A stretch of DNA of 64,000 bases, from assembly GCA_965222075.1 (NCBI GenBank), contig OZ244937.1, positions 4,032,001 through 4,096,000 on the forward strand. The letters are read 5' to 3'. The position numbers were made by a program, and so were the translations under genes. This document shows positions 10,025-18,403 of the stretch, piece after piece; the stretch's first letter is position 1, and each line of letters opens with the position of its first letter. Source of the stretch: Candidatus Latescibacterota bacterium. GTDB lineage: Bacteria; Latescibacterota; UBA2968; GCA-2709665. The notes under the pieces are model-generated. The model saw only the letters and a program-made list of their open reading frames with translations. It was not told where the DNA came from and did no database searches.

Positions 10025-10076
10025 GGGTTCAAGTTCAAGCCGTTAAGTACGTACCAAAAAGTGTTCACAGTACTGC

Positions 10077-10577
10077 TCAAGTGATCCCGGCCATGGCCTT
10101 GGCCGCGTTCAGGAGGGCCTCCCACTGCTGGGGGCCCATCTGTTTGATGATCTGGATCAGGTGGGGAATGTCCCGGTCTGACATCTCAACCCCCTCTGCC
10201 AGGGCGTCCCTCCACCTGTCGTCTTTCAGCGCTTTGCGGATTTTGGGCCGCTCCAGGGCCTCCAACAGCGATGCGTCCAGGAGCCCCCTGTCGGCCACGA
10301 GCCGGCTGGTGACCGGGTCCGCGAGGAGTTTTTCCATCTGCCGAAAGAGGGCCCGAGCCTCTTTTTCCTGCGCCCGCTCCCGGTAGGCCGCGATCAGGAG
10401 GTTCCGGGAGTCCAGCTCCAGGGCCTTGGCCATCTGCACACAGCGTGCGTCGGAGGGCACGCGTTCGCCCTTTTCGATCTGTCCGATATAGGTTCCCCAC
10501 ACCCCGATCTGTTTCCCCAGGGTCTGCTGGCTGAAACGACCTTTTCTCGCCTGTTTGATAATGTCGCCGAACCCCAT
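10077..10577 (-). CDS. XRE-family HTH transcriptional regulator with helical C-terminal domain
   Basis: FGDIIKQARKGRFSQQTLGKQIGVWGTYIGQIEKGERVPS; AGGAGG RBS. Confidence 0.88.
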   Translation of the reverse strand: MGFGDIIKQARKGRFSQQTLGKQIGVWGTYIGQIEKGERVPSDARCVQMAKALELDSRNLLIAAYRERAQEKEARALFRQMEKLLADPVTSRLVADRGLLDASLLEALERPKIRKALKDDRWRDALAEGVEMSDRDIPHLIQIIKQMGPQQWEALLNAAKAMAGIT

Positions 10578-10694
10578 TGCGCCTCCTGCCTCCGGTTGGT
10601 CTCTGTTTTCAGATCCTTCTTTAATATCATATCAAAACTCGATTCTGGCAAGCCAAAATCAAAGGGCACGAGCGGCCGATCATGAAGATTAGGC

Positions 10695-10723
10695 TTGACA
10701 ACACACACTTGAGAGCGTATATT
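10695..10723 (+). promoter_or_regulatory. sigma70-type promoter driving the structured leader and coiled-coil gene
   Basis: TTGACA 10695-10700, 17-nt spacer, TATATT 10718-10723. Confidence 0.75.
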
Positions 10724-10729
10724 TTAAAC

Positions 10730-11031
10730 GTGCCCTCTTATTTCTCCCCACGAAGGAGGGCACACACACAAACTTGTGTGTGTGATGTTGGGCTGTAAGG
10801 CCCATAAAAATAAAGAGATATGAAGTTTGTACTAATCGTGGAAGCAAATTTCACATCTCTTCCTCGGTGGGGAGGGTAAGATCAGACTTGCTCTTTTCCC
10901 CTTTCTCCCCTGATCTTTTTAATCTACCCTCCCCACATCTCTATCCTTTTTTTCTCTCCCATTTCTCTATCTGTGCGTTGTCTGTTGACCCCCTGGTCAG
11001 GGGGGTGTCTCTCAAGGGCAGGAGATCGTCT
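10730..11031 (+). ncRNA. Candidate structured 5' leader or small RNA (unknown family)
   Basis: At least five inverted-repeat stems between the predicted TSS and the ATG at 11032 (detailed in findings). Confidence 0.4.
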
Positions 11032-11379
11032 ATGGCGCTTGAGGCCGAAGCGCTTGACCTCATCAGAAAAACAGTTCAGGAAGCCGTGGTAGCGGCCCAG
11101 GAGCGGTTGGCCCAGATGGTGGCCAGGCAGTTCGTCGAGCTCAGGGTGGATCTTCAGGACATCCAGGAATCCCTGCGCAAGTCCGGCAACCGACAGGCCC
11201 AGATGGAGGCCGACGTGGCCGATGTGGGGCGGACCTGCGAGGTCTTAAAGCGCCGGCTGCAGGACCTCCACACCGAGTTGACCGACGGGGGGGCGTCCGC
11301 CCGGGAGTTTACACACCGGATGGATCACCTGGAACGCGACGTGGCAGATGTTCGGCGGCGTCTCTCTTCCGCGGTCTAA
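11032..11379 (+). CDS. Hypothetical 115-aa coiled-coil protein
   Basis: GGAGA RBS before MALEAEALD; heptad-like L/V/M periodicity (LQDIQESLRK...LERDVADVRRRL); followed by a hairpin terminator. Confidence 0.75.
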   Translation: MALEAEALDLIRKTVQEAVVAAQERLAQMVARQFVELRVDLQDIQESLRKSGNRQAQMEADVADVGRTCEVLKRRLQDLHTELTDGGASAREFTHRMDHLERDVADVRRRLSSAV

Positions 11380-11400
11380 CGGTCTCTTGGCAGGGAACAA

Positions 11401-11436
11401 GCAAGGGGCGGTCTGGAATGCCAGGCCGCCCCTTGC
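11401..11436. terminator. Hairpin between convergent genes
   Basis: GCAAGGGGCGGTCTGG-aatg-CCAGGCCGCCCCTTGC. Confidence 0.7.
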
Positions 11437-11452
11437 TGTGTGTGCCCGGGGT

Positions 11453-12307
11453 TTAGACCACCGGATTTTCGAGGCGGCCGATAGAGTCGATTTCGCAGAC
11501 TACGTTGTCTCCCGATTTGAGCCAGAGTTGGGGGGTACGGCCCATACCCACGCCCGATGGCGTGCCGGTAAAGATGAGGTCACCGGGGGTCAGGGTAAAG
11601 ACGTGGGAGAGGTAGGCGACGAGTTGCTGGATCTTGAAGATGAGCTGATCGGTGCAGGATGCCTGCACGGTCTCTCCATTTAGGATACAGCGGATGCCCA
11701 GGGCATGGGGGTCGGGCACCTCGTCAGAGGTGACCAGGTCGGGGCCAATCGGCGCAAAGGTGTCGAACGTCTTACCCAAAAGCCACTGCCCCGCAGGCTT
11801 TTCGAGCTGGTAGTCCCGGGCGCTGACGTCGTGACCCACAGTGTAGCCTGCCACGTGATCCAGGGCGTCCGATTCGGAGATATTTCTGCCTGCCCTGCCA
11901 ATTACGGCAACCAGTTCCACCTCGTAATCGACCTTCTGGCTGGTGGTGGGCAACCGGATGGCCTCGCCGGGACCGGCGATCACAGTCGCGTATTTGGCGA
12001 AGACCACCGGTTCGGAGGGGATGGGCATGTTGCTTTCAGCGGCGTGGTCCGCATAGTTGAGGCCGATGCAGATGATCTTTTGGGGGTTGGAGATCGGGGC
12101 AAGGACGTTGACCTCGGCGGCGCTGAGGGCAGGCTCCCCCACCTCCAGCGCCTTCTGCGCCCTGTCGAGGGCAGACCGGCCTGCGCCGAGGAAACCCAGC
12201 ATGTCGGCGGGGATCGAGGGATCGGCGCGGCTGATGTCAACAACCCTATCCCCGGACCGGGCACCGATGCGGCGCTGGCCGTCGTGTTCGAATGTGAGGA
12301 GTCGCAT
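11453..12307 (-). CDS. Fumarylacetoacetate hydrolase family protein
   Basis: KIICIGLNYADHAAE, DYEVEL, HDVSARDYQ, GKTFDTFAPIGP, PGDLIFTGTPSGVG. Confidence 0.95.
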   Translation of the reverse strand: MRLLTFEHDGQRRIGARSGDRVVDISRADPSIPADMLGFLGAGRSALDRAQKALEVGEPALSAAEVNVLAPISNPQKIICIGLNYADHAAESNMPIPSEPVVFAKYATVIAGPGEAIRLPTTSQKVDYEVELVAVIGRAGRNISESDALDHVAGYTVGHDVSARDYQLEKPAGQWLLGKTFDTFAPIGPDLVTSDEVPDPHALGIRCILNGETVQASCTDQLIFKIQQLVAYLSHVFTLTPGDLIFTGTPSGVGMGRTPQLWLKSGDNVVCEIDSIGRLENPVV

Positions 12308-12648
12308 GGCAGGTTTTCCTTTCCCGGTAGATCAGAGCTGTTGGGCGCGACCGCTTCAGTTTGGGGGGTCAGTCTCTACGGCTGTCGGACAAGAAGCGGG
12401 TTTACAGAAGGCTGCGGAGCGCTTCGGTCTGTTTGGATTTGTTGAGATCAAGAGAGAGGGAAAGTTACGGTTCGGGGGAGCCGGTGTCAAGCGATTTCGG
12501 GTCAACGCGGGTGAAGCGGGGGACAGGGCGCGCCATCGCGGTGCGAAATCCTTGCGTCGGGAAGATAAATATTGTACCTTTCCCGTCTGTTTCCTCAAGA
12601 CGGTGGATGCCGTGTTGCGATGTGATCCTGTAGATGTGGAGATGCCCC

Positions 12649-14043
12649 ATGTCCGAGTTTAAACCGCAGGCCCCCCAGGATGGGGGGAAGATCACCATGG
12701 CGGACGGCGTGCTGAACGTTCCCGACCGTCCGATCATTCCCTTTATCGAAGGTGACGGCACCGGTCCCGATATCTGGCGGGCGGCCTCGGCCGTGCTGGA
12801 TGCCGCGGTGGAGAAGGCCTACGGCGGGAGACGAAAAATCGTCTGGATGGAGGTGCTGGCGGGTGAGAAGGCCTTCAACCGGCTTGGAGCCTGGCTACCG
12901 GACGAAACCGTTGAGGCCTTCAAGGCGTATTTGGTGGGCATCAAAGGGCCGCTGACTACGCCTGTGGGGGGCGGCATCCGGAGTCTGAATGTGGCCCTGC
13001 GGCAGACGCTGGATCTCTACGTGTGCCTGCGGCCGGTGCGCTGGTTCAACGGGGTGCCCAGTCCTGTCAAACATCCAGAAGACGTGGACATGGCGATCTT
13101 CCGGGAGAACACCGAGGATATTTACGCCGGGATCGAGTGGGCGGCCAGTACAGAGGAGGTGAAAAAGGTCATCAACTGGCTGCAGACCGCTATGGGGGTC
13201 AACAAGATCCGGTTTCCGGAGACCTCAGCCATCGGAATCAAACCGATCTCTGAGGAGGGGAGCAAACGTCTGATCAGGGCTGCTATTAGCTACGCCCTTG
13301 ACAACAACCGGAAGAGCGTCACCTTGGTACACAAGGGCAATATCATGAAGTTCACCGAAGGGGCTTTTGCAGCCTGGGGCTACGAGTTGGCAGCCACTGA
13401 GTTCCGCAAGCAGACCGTAAGCCTGAGCGAGAGCTGGATCCTGGGCAACAGGGAGCGCGATGCGTCAATCTCGGTGGAGGAAAACGCACGCGCTGTGGCG
13501 CCTGGCTACGATATGATGCCCCCCCAGCGGCAGGAAAAGGTCCGCGCCGACGTTGAGGCAGCCCTGGCGCTGTGGGAGACCCACGGCAATGGGAAGTGGA
13601 AGGACAAGCTCTTGATTAAGGATACGATCGCAGACATTACGCTCCAGCAGGTGCTGACACGCGCGAAGGAGTTCGACGTGGTGGCGACGATGAACCTCAA
13701 CGGCGATTACCTCTCGGATGCGCTGGCCGCACAGGCCGGCGGCATCGGCATCGCGCCGGGGGGAAATATCAATTACGACACCGGACACGCAATCTTTGAG
13801 GCGACCCACGGCACGGCGCCCAAATATGCCGGTCAGGACAAGGTGAACCCGGGGTCGGTGGTCCTTTCCGGCGAGATGATGCTGCGGCATATGGGTTGGA
13901 CCGAGGCGTGCGATTTGATTGTCGCAGGGCTGGAGAAGACGATTGCGTCCAGGGTGGTCACGTACGATTTTGCGCGGTTGATGGACGGGGCCACGGAAGT
14001 GAAGTGCTCCGAGTTCGGGCAGGCGGTGATTGAGAATATGTAG
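12649..14043 (+). CDS. icd: NADP-dependent isocitrate dehydrogenase
   Basis: [75 protein letters not shown]. Confidence 0.98.
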   Translation: MSEFKPQAPQDGGKITMADGVLNVPDRPIIPFIEGDGTGPDIWRAASAVLDAAVEKAYGGRRKIVWMEVLAGEKAFNRLGAWLPDETVEAFKAYLVGIKGPLTTPVGGGIRSLNVALRQTLDLYVCLRPVRWFNGVPSPVKHPEDVDMAIFRENTEDIYAGIEWAASTEEVKKVINWLQTAMGVNKIRFPETSAIGIKPISEEGSKRLIRAAISYALDNNRKSVTLVHKGNIMKFTEGAFAAWGYELAATEFRKQTVSLSESWILGNRERDASISVEENARAVAPGYDMMPPQRQEKVRADVEAALALWETHGNGKWKDKLLIKDTIADITLQQVLTRAKEFDVVATMNLNGDYLSDALAAQAGGIGIAPGGNINYDTGHAIFEATHGTAPKYAGQDKVNPGSVVLSGEMMLRHMGWTEACDLIVAGLEKTIASRVVTYDFARLMDGATEVKCSEFGQAVIENM

Positions 14044-14059
14044 GGCCAGCCGGAGAGCG

Positions 14060-14720
14060 ATGTTATTCACATCATTTTCCACAATGTGAATAACTTTTGT
14101 TTTGATTCTGTAGAATTTCCGGTTAAAATTTTGCTGGGGTCAAAAAGCTGTTAAAATATCCGTAAGGTATTTCTAAACAAAATGTTAAGCATAAAAACTT
14201 GCTTCGACACGACCGATATCTACCTTGGATAACCCTGCCAAACGGCGCTCTCGGAACCCATCGCCTTCGGGATGACGCCCAGATTGCTCGAACTTTGATT
14301 GCGCCGAAAGGCCCAAATCGTCCAAAAGGCCGTTGAAAGGCCTCGTTTGTAATTTTTCGCTCGGAATCCTTAAGCAGGATGGTATGGCAAGAAAGGCTTT
14401 AGTTAACCTTTGTTTCTAATTGTCTTATTAAAGCAAGCAATTTTCTAACCGGAAATTACTGGATTCTGTAGAAAAAATAGGGTTATAACCGGACGAACTT
14501 TTTTCTTTGAATTCAGCCCGCCCCCTGAGTTTGAGAAAAAGCCACTGAATTCAAACAGGTCTTGTATTTTAACGACTTATTGTTTTCAAGCCCTTAAGCA
14601 CTTATCCAAAAAGTGTTCACGGTATTGTGGAAAAGAATCCATCTGTTTTTCTTGAAGAGCGCATGACGCCTGTGAGTTATTCCCATTTATCTTGAAATAT
14701 GTGGAAACCGGTGTGGAAAA
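14060..14720. promoter_or_regulatory. Second AT-rich cluster of DnaA-box-like 9-mers
   Basis: TTATTCACA 14063, TTTTCCACA 14075, TGTGAATAA 14085, TTATCCAAA 14602, TGTGGAAAA 14626 and 14712, TTATTCCCA 14677, in an ORF-free ~860-bp spacer. Confidence 0.6.
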
Positions 14721-14905
14721 TTGGAGATCGGGCGGTGGCGAACCAGCGCTGAGCGGGAAGGGCATAGAACCCGAAATTCCGGTATTTCGGGGGGGGGCGG
14801 GGGAGAAGAATTCGCTTGCTACCCCCTCTGAATTGTTCTATATTTAAGTAAATTTCGAGCTATTTGGCACACGAGAATCACCATTTAGCCCAGGGATAAG
14901 GGCGC

Positions 14906-15490
14906 GTGCTTGAAAAGGTCAAAGACGATGTCGCCGAACTGATTCAGCCCTCGACGCAATATCTGGTGAAGAAGCGGTTTGGACCCGATGCCTTAACAAT
15001 GATCGGGTTTGCGTTAAATTTAGTGGCCGCTACTCTCTTCGGGGTTGATTATTTCCGGTGGGCCGGGCTGATGGTCCTGTTGGCCGGTGTTTTCGACTTC
15101 TTGGATGGGCAGGTGGCACGCGCTGGCAGAACCGCCACCACTTTCGGGGCCATACTGGATTCTACGGTTGATCGGTATTCGGAGATCTTCGTCTGGTTCG
15201 GCATTGTGGTCAGTTTTATCCGGGCGGGGTCTTTCTGGACCAGTTCCGCACTCTTTTTTGCGTTGGCCGGATCTTTGATGGTCAGCTATGTGCGTGCCCG
15301 GGCAGAGGGGTTGGGTGAGGAATGCAAGGTGGGGTTTATGCAGCGGCCCGAGCGGGTGGTCGCGATTGGCGTTGGGGCGCTGGTGGGCGAAATCGGACTG
15401 ATGGTGGCGATCTGGGCGATTGCGATTCTGTCGAACTATACGGCTCTGCAGCGGGTGTTGCATATCCGAAAACGTTCAAAACCCTTGTGA
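14906..15490 (+). CDS. CDP-alcohol phosphatidyltransferase (PgsA/PI-synthase-like)
   Basis: Motif DFLDGQVARAG...FGAILDSTVDRYSE; SYVRARAEGLG; GFMQRPER. Confidence 0.93.
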   Translation: MLEKVKDDVAELIQPSTQYLVKKRFGPDALTMIGFALNLVAATLFGVDYFRWAGLMVLLAGVFDFLDGQVARAGRTATTFGAILDSTVDRYSEIFVWFGIVVSFIRAGSFWTSSALFFALAGSLMVSYVRARAEGLGEECKVGFMQRPERVVAIGVGALVGEIGLMVAIWAIAILSNYTALQRVLHIRKRSKPL

Positions 15491-15532
15491 AGTTGGAGGG
15501 ATGGAAAAATCGGTGTGTGTTGGGAGATGTGG

Positions 15533-15559
15533 CCCGGGTATTCGCCGGGTTCTTTTTTT
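15533..15559 (+). terminator. Intrinsic terminator candidate
   Basis: CCCGG-gtattcg-CCGGG followed by TTCTTTTTTT. Confidence 0.5.
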
Positions 15560-15635
15560 GTCAGGGAGGGCCACGGAGCAGCCCTCGCTCCACCTTGGGG
15601 TGGGATTTTGTGATTTGCATAAAGGTTGAGGTCGG

Positions 15636-16265
15636 GTGGCCGGATTTTTTGTGACGTTTGAGGGGATCGACAAGAGTGGGAAGACGACCCAGGCGGAATT
15701 GTTGGCCGGGAAGCTCCGGGAAAAGGGTCGGGATGTGGTTTTCACTCAGGAACCGGGGGGGACGGGGCTGGGTCGGGAAATCCGACATCTGGTGCTGGGT
15801 TGGAGGCCCCAGGCGGCGGTGGTTCCTCTTGCCGAGATGCTCCTGTTTGCGGCAGATCGGGCGCAGCACGTGGCGGAGGTGATCCGGCCTGCGCTGGAGG
15901 CGGGGAAGATCGTGATCTCCAACCGCTTTGTCGATTCCACAATCGCCTACCAGGGCTACGGCAGGGGGATGGACCTGGTGCAGTTGCGGGCCATCCAGGA
16001 GGTGGCTTCGGACGGGTTGTGGCCCAACCTGACCGTGCTGGTTGACATAGATGTTGCCACGTCGCGGGAGCGGGGGGGGGCTTCAGATCGGCTGGAAGCG
16101 GAGAACGATCTCTTTTTTGAGCGGATTCGTGAAGGGTATCTGGCGCTCGGGCGGACCGAGCCGAACCGGATCTTCCGCGTTGAGGGCCGCCTTTCCGTAG
16201 AGGTGGTATCCCAACATATTTATGCAGAAGTGAGCAACCGCCTGGGGATGGACAACGGGCTGTAG
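15636..16265 (+). CDS. tmk: Thymidylate kinase
   Basis: FVTFEGIDKSGKTTQ, EPGGT, LLFAADRAQH, RFVDSTIAYQGYGRG. Confidence 0.96.
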   Translation: MAGFFVTFEGIDKSGKTTQAELLAGKLREKGRDVVFTQEPGGTGLGREIRHLVLGWRPQAAVVPLAEMLLFAADRAQHVAEVIRPALEAGKIVISNRFVDSTIAYQGYGRGMDLVQLRAIQEVASDGLWPNLTVLVDIDVATSRERGGASDRLEAENDLFFERIREGYLALGRTEPNRIFRVEGRLSVEVVSQHIYAEVSNRLGMDNGL

Positions 16266-16377
16266 AGGGAACGCCTGGGAAAGCGAAATTGTCAGGGAGC
16301 AGGAGATACTTTCGGATTTCGGATTGAAGTGCCTCTACTCCGCAATCCACAATCCGCAATTCGGTTGGAGGTGCTGG

Positions 16378-18291
16378 ATGTTTGGACCATACCACAGAAG
16401 GCTCTGGATCGGCCTGATGCTGATTGGGTTGCTGGCTTATGTAACCTTAGATTCAAGGCTGGTTAAGGGCGAAGATGCGTATGCCGCCGTGGAACGAAGT
16501 ATGGACGAGTACGCAGAGACCCTCAAGCTGCTCACACAGAGCTATTTCAAGCCTCTGGAGACGGAGGAGCTCACCACTTCTGCCATTGAGGGGATGCTCG
16601 GCGACCTGGATCCTTATACCCAGTATCTTGGCCCGAAGGCGCTTGAACAGCTCCGGATCGAGACGCAGGGGAAGTTCGGAGGGTTGGGCATTACCATCAG
16701 TTTGAGAAATAAAGTGCCGGTGGTCATGAGTGTGATCGAAGGCACACCTGCGGATACGGCAGGCCTTGTTGTGGGCGACCGTATTGTGAAGATTGAAGGG
16801 CAACCCACGGCCGGAAAAACGCTCCAGGAGGTGGTGGATGTGCTGCGGGGCACACCGGGGATGGGGGTGAGAATTACCCTTGATCGGGCGGGTCGGCCTG
16901 TGCCCTTTGACCAGCTGATCATCCGGGCGCGGATCCGGATTGAGAGTGTAAGGGTGGCTGAGGAGATCGAGCCGGGGATCGGATACATTTCGATGTCGGG
17001 GGTTCTGGGCAGTCGGTTCTCGGAGACGACGCCCCGGGAGTTGGACCAGGCACTCAGGAAGCTGAAGGCGCAGAACATCCGGGGAATGATCCTGGATCTG
17101 CGGGAAAACCCCGGCGGATTGTTGAACCAGGCCGTTGCGGTTGCAGATAAGTTCTTGGGCAAAGGCCAGCTGGTAGTGACCACCAGGGGACGCATGGCCT
17201 CCCAAAACGAGGAGTATCGAACCGAAGAGCCGTCGCTGATTCAAGACACCCCCCTGGTGGTGTTGGTCAACCGCTACAGCGCCAGCGCCTCGGAGATTGT
17301 CGCCGGGGCCATTCAGGATTCGGACCGGGGACTGATTCTGGGCACCCCGACGTTTGGAAAGGGATCGGTGCAGACGGTCAAGTATATCGGAAGGAATAAG
17401 GGCATCAAGCTGACCACGGCCGCCTACTATACACCCAGCGGCCGAAGCATTCACAAGTCCGCGAACGCGAAGCAAGCGCGCGGGCGGTGGCGAGGGATAA
17501 CGTTGACACTTGAGGATACACGTCGGATTTCGGCTTATCAGGTTTTGAGACTCATTGGCGAGGCCGACCGGCGGGAGGATGCACTGGCGGAGCTCAGGGA
17601 AAGGTTCGATTTGAACGAGGAACAGGCAGCACAGGTTATGGATATCCGTTTGGACCAACTTGTGGGCCTGGGGCTGCGTGAGCATGTCGGCGGGCCTGAA
17701 GGGGACGACCCGGAGAAGGCGTTCAAAACCGCGGGGGGCCGCACGGTTTATGGCGGTGGGGGCATTACCCCCGATGTGAAGGTCGAGCCGACACAGCGGC
17801 CGGGGTTGTTGATTGCGCTGGCCAGGGCAGGGCTCTTTTTCGATTTTGCCGTCGATTACGCTGCGACCCATTCTTTTCCGGAAGGGCCGGAGGATTTCAC
17901 GGTGGATGAGGAGGTTGTGAAGGCCTTCCGGGCGTTTTTAGCCGATACCTCAAAGACGGGGGACTTCCACCATCAGACCCTGGGTGAGATTCGGTTGCAG
18001 GAGTTGGAGGAGGCGCTTGAGGAGTCAGACCTCTTCGACGGGGAAGCACGGGGGGCGATGGAACGGTTGCGCGGGGTGGTGGTGGGCGAGCGGGAGGCGG
18101 AATTTGAAAAGGCAAAACCTTATATCCGGCTTGAGATTGAACGTCAGTTGGCCAACCGGGTGTGGGGAGACAGGGCCAAACTTCTGGCCTCTTTAAAGGG
18201 GGACAAGCAGTTTCAGGAGGCGGTGCGGATTTTAAAAGATCCGGAACTCTACAAGAAGAAGATGAACCTGACGCTCGTTTCGATGGAGTAG
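16378..18291 (+). CDS. S41A C-terminal processing protease (CtpA/Prc-like, PDZ domain) with a GyrA-like insertion
   Basis: N-terminal TM helix, LDPYTQY, GKFGGLGI, ILDLRENPGGLL, SASASEIVAGA, TFGKGSVQ, YYTPSGRSI, GGGGITPD. Confidence 0.95.
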   Translation: MFGPYHRRLWIGLMLIGLLAYVTLDSRLVKGEDAYAAVERSMDEYAETLKLLTQSYFKPLETEELTTSAIEGMLGDLDPYTQYLGPKALEQLRIETQGKFGGLGITISLRNKVPVVMSVIEGTPADTAGLVVGDRIVKIEGQPTAGKTLQEVVDVLRGTPGMGVRITLDRAGRPVPFDQLIIRARIRIESVRVAEEIEPGIGYISMSGVLGSRFSETTPRELDQALRKLKAQNIRGMILDLRENPGGLLNQAVAVADKFLGKGQLVVTTRGRMASQNEEYRTEEPSLIQDTPLVVLVNRYSASASEIVAGAIQDSDRGLILGTPTFGKGSVQTVKYIGRNKGIKLTTAAYYTPSGRSIHKSANAKQARGRWRGITLTLEDTRRISAYQVLRLIGEADRREDALAELRERFDLNEEQAAQVMDIRLDQLVGLGLREHVGGPEGDDPEKAFKTAGGRTVYGGGGITPDVKVEPTQRPGLLIALARAGLFFDFAVDYAATHSFPEGPEDFTVDEEVVKAFRAFLADTSKTGDFHHQTLGEIRLQELEEALEESDLFDGEARGAMERLRGVVVGEREAEFEKAKPYIRLEIERQLANRVWGDRAKLLASLKGDKQFQEAVRILKDPELYKKKMNLTLVSME

Positions 18292-18403
18292 AGGTGTGAA
18301 ACGTGAAAGATGCTCACGCCGGACCGGGTGTCTTCCGGATGCGATGCAATCGCAAACAGCGTTTCCTCGTGACCGGCCATGGGCGATCTTCTTTCCATCG
18401 ATC

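Noticed and set aside
10077-10577. XRE gene as a prophage repressor
   Set aside because: No integrase, att site or phage genes nearby.
10730-11031. Serial hairpins as a CRISPR array or a known RNA (tRNA, 6S, SRP, tmRNA)
   Set aside because: The stems are unrelated in sequence, there is no repeat-spacer periodicity or cas gene, and no hallmark motif of those RNAs was recognised.
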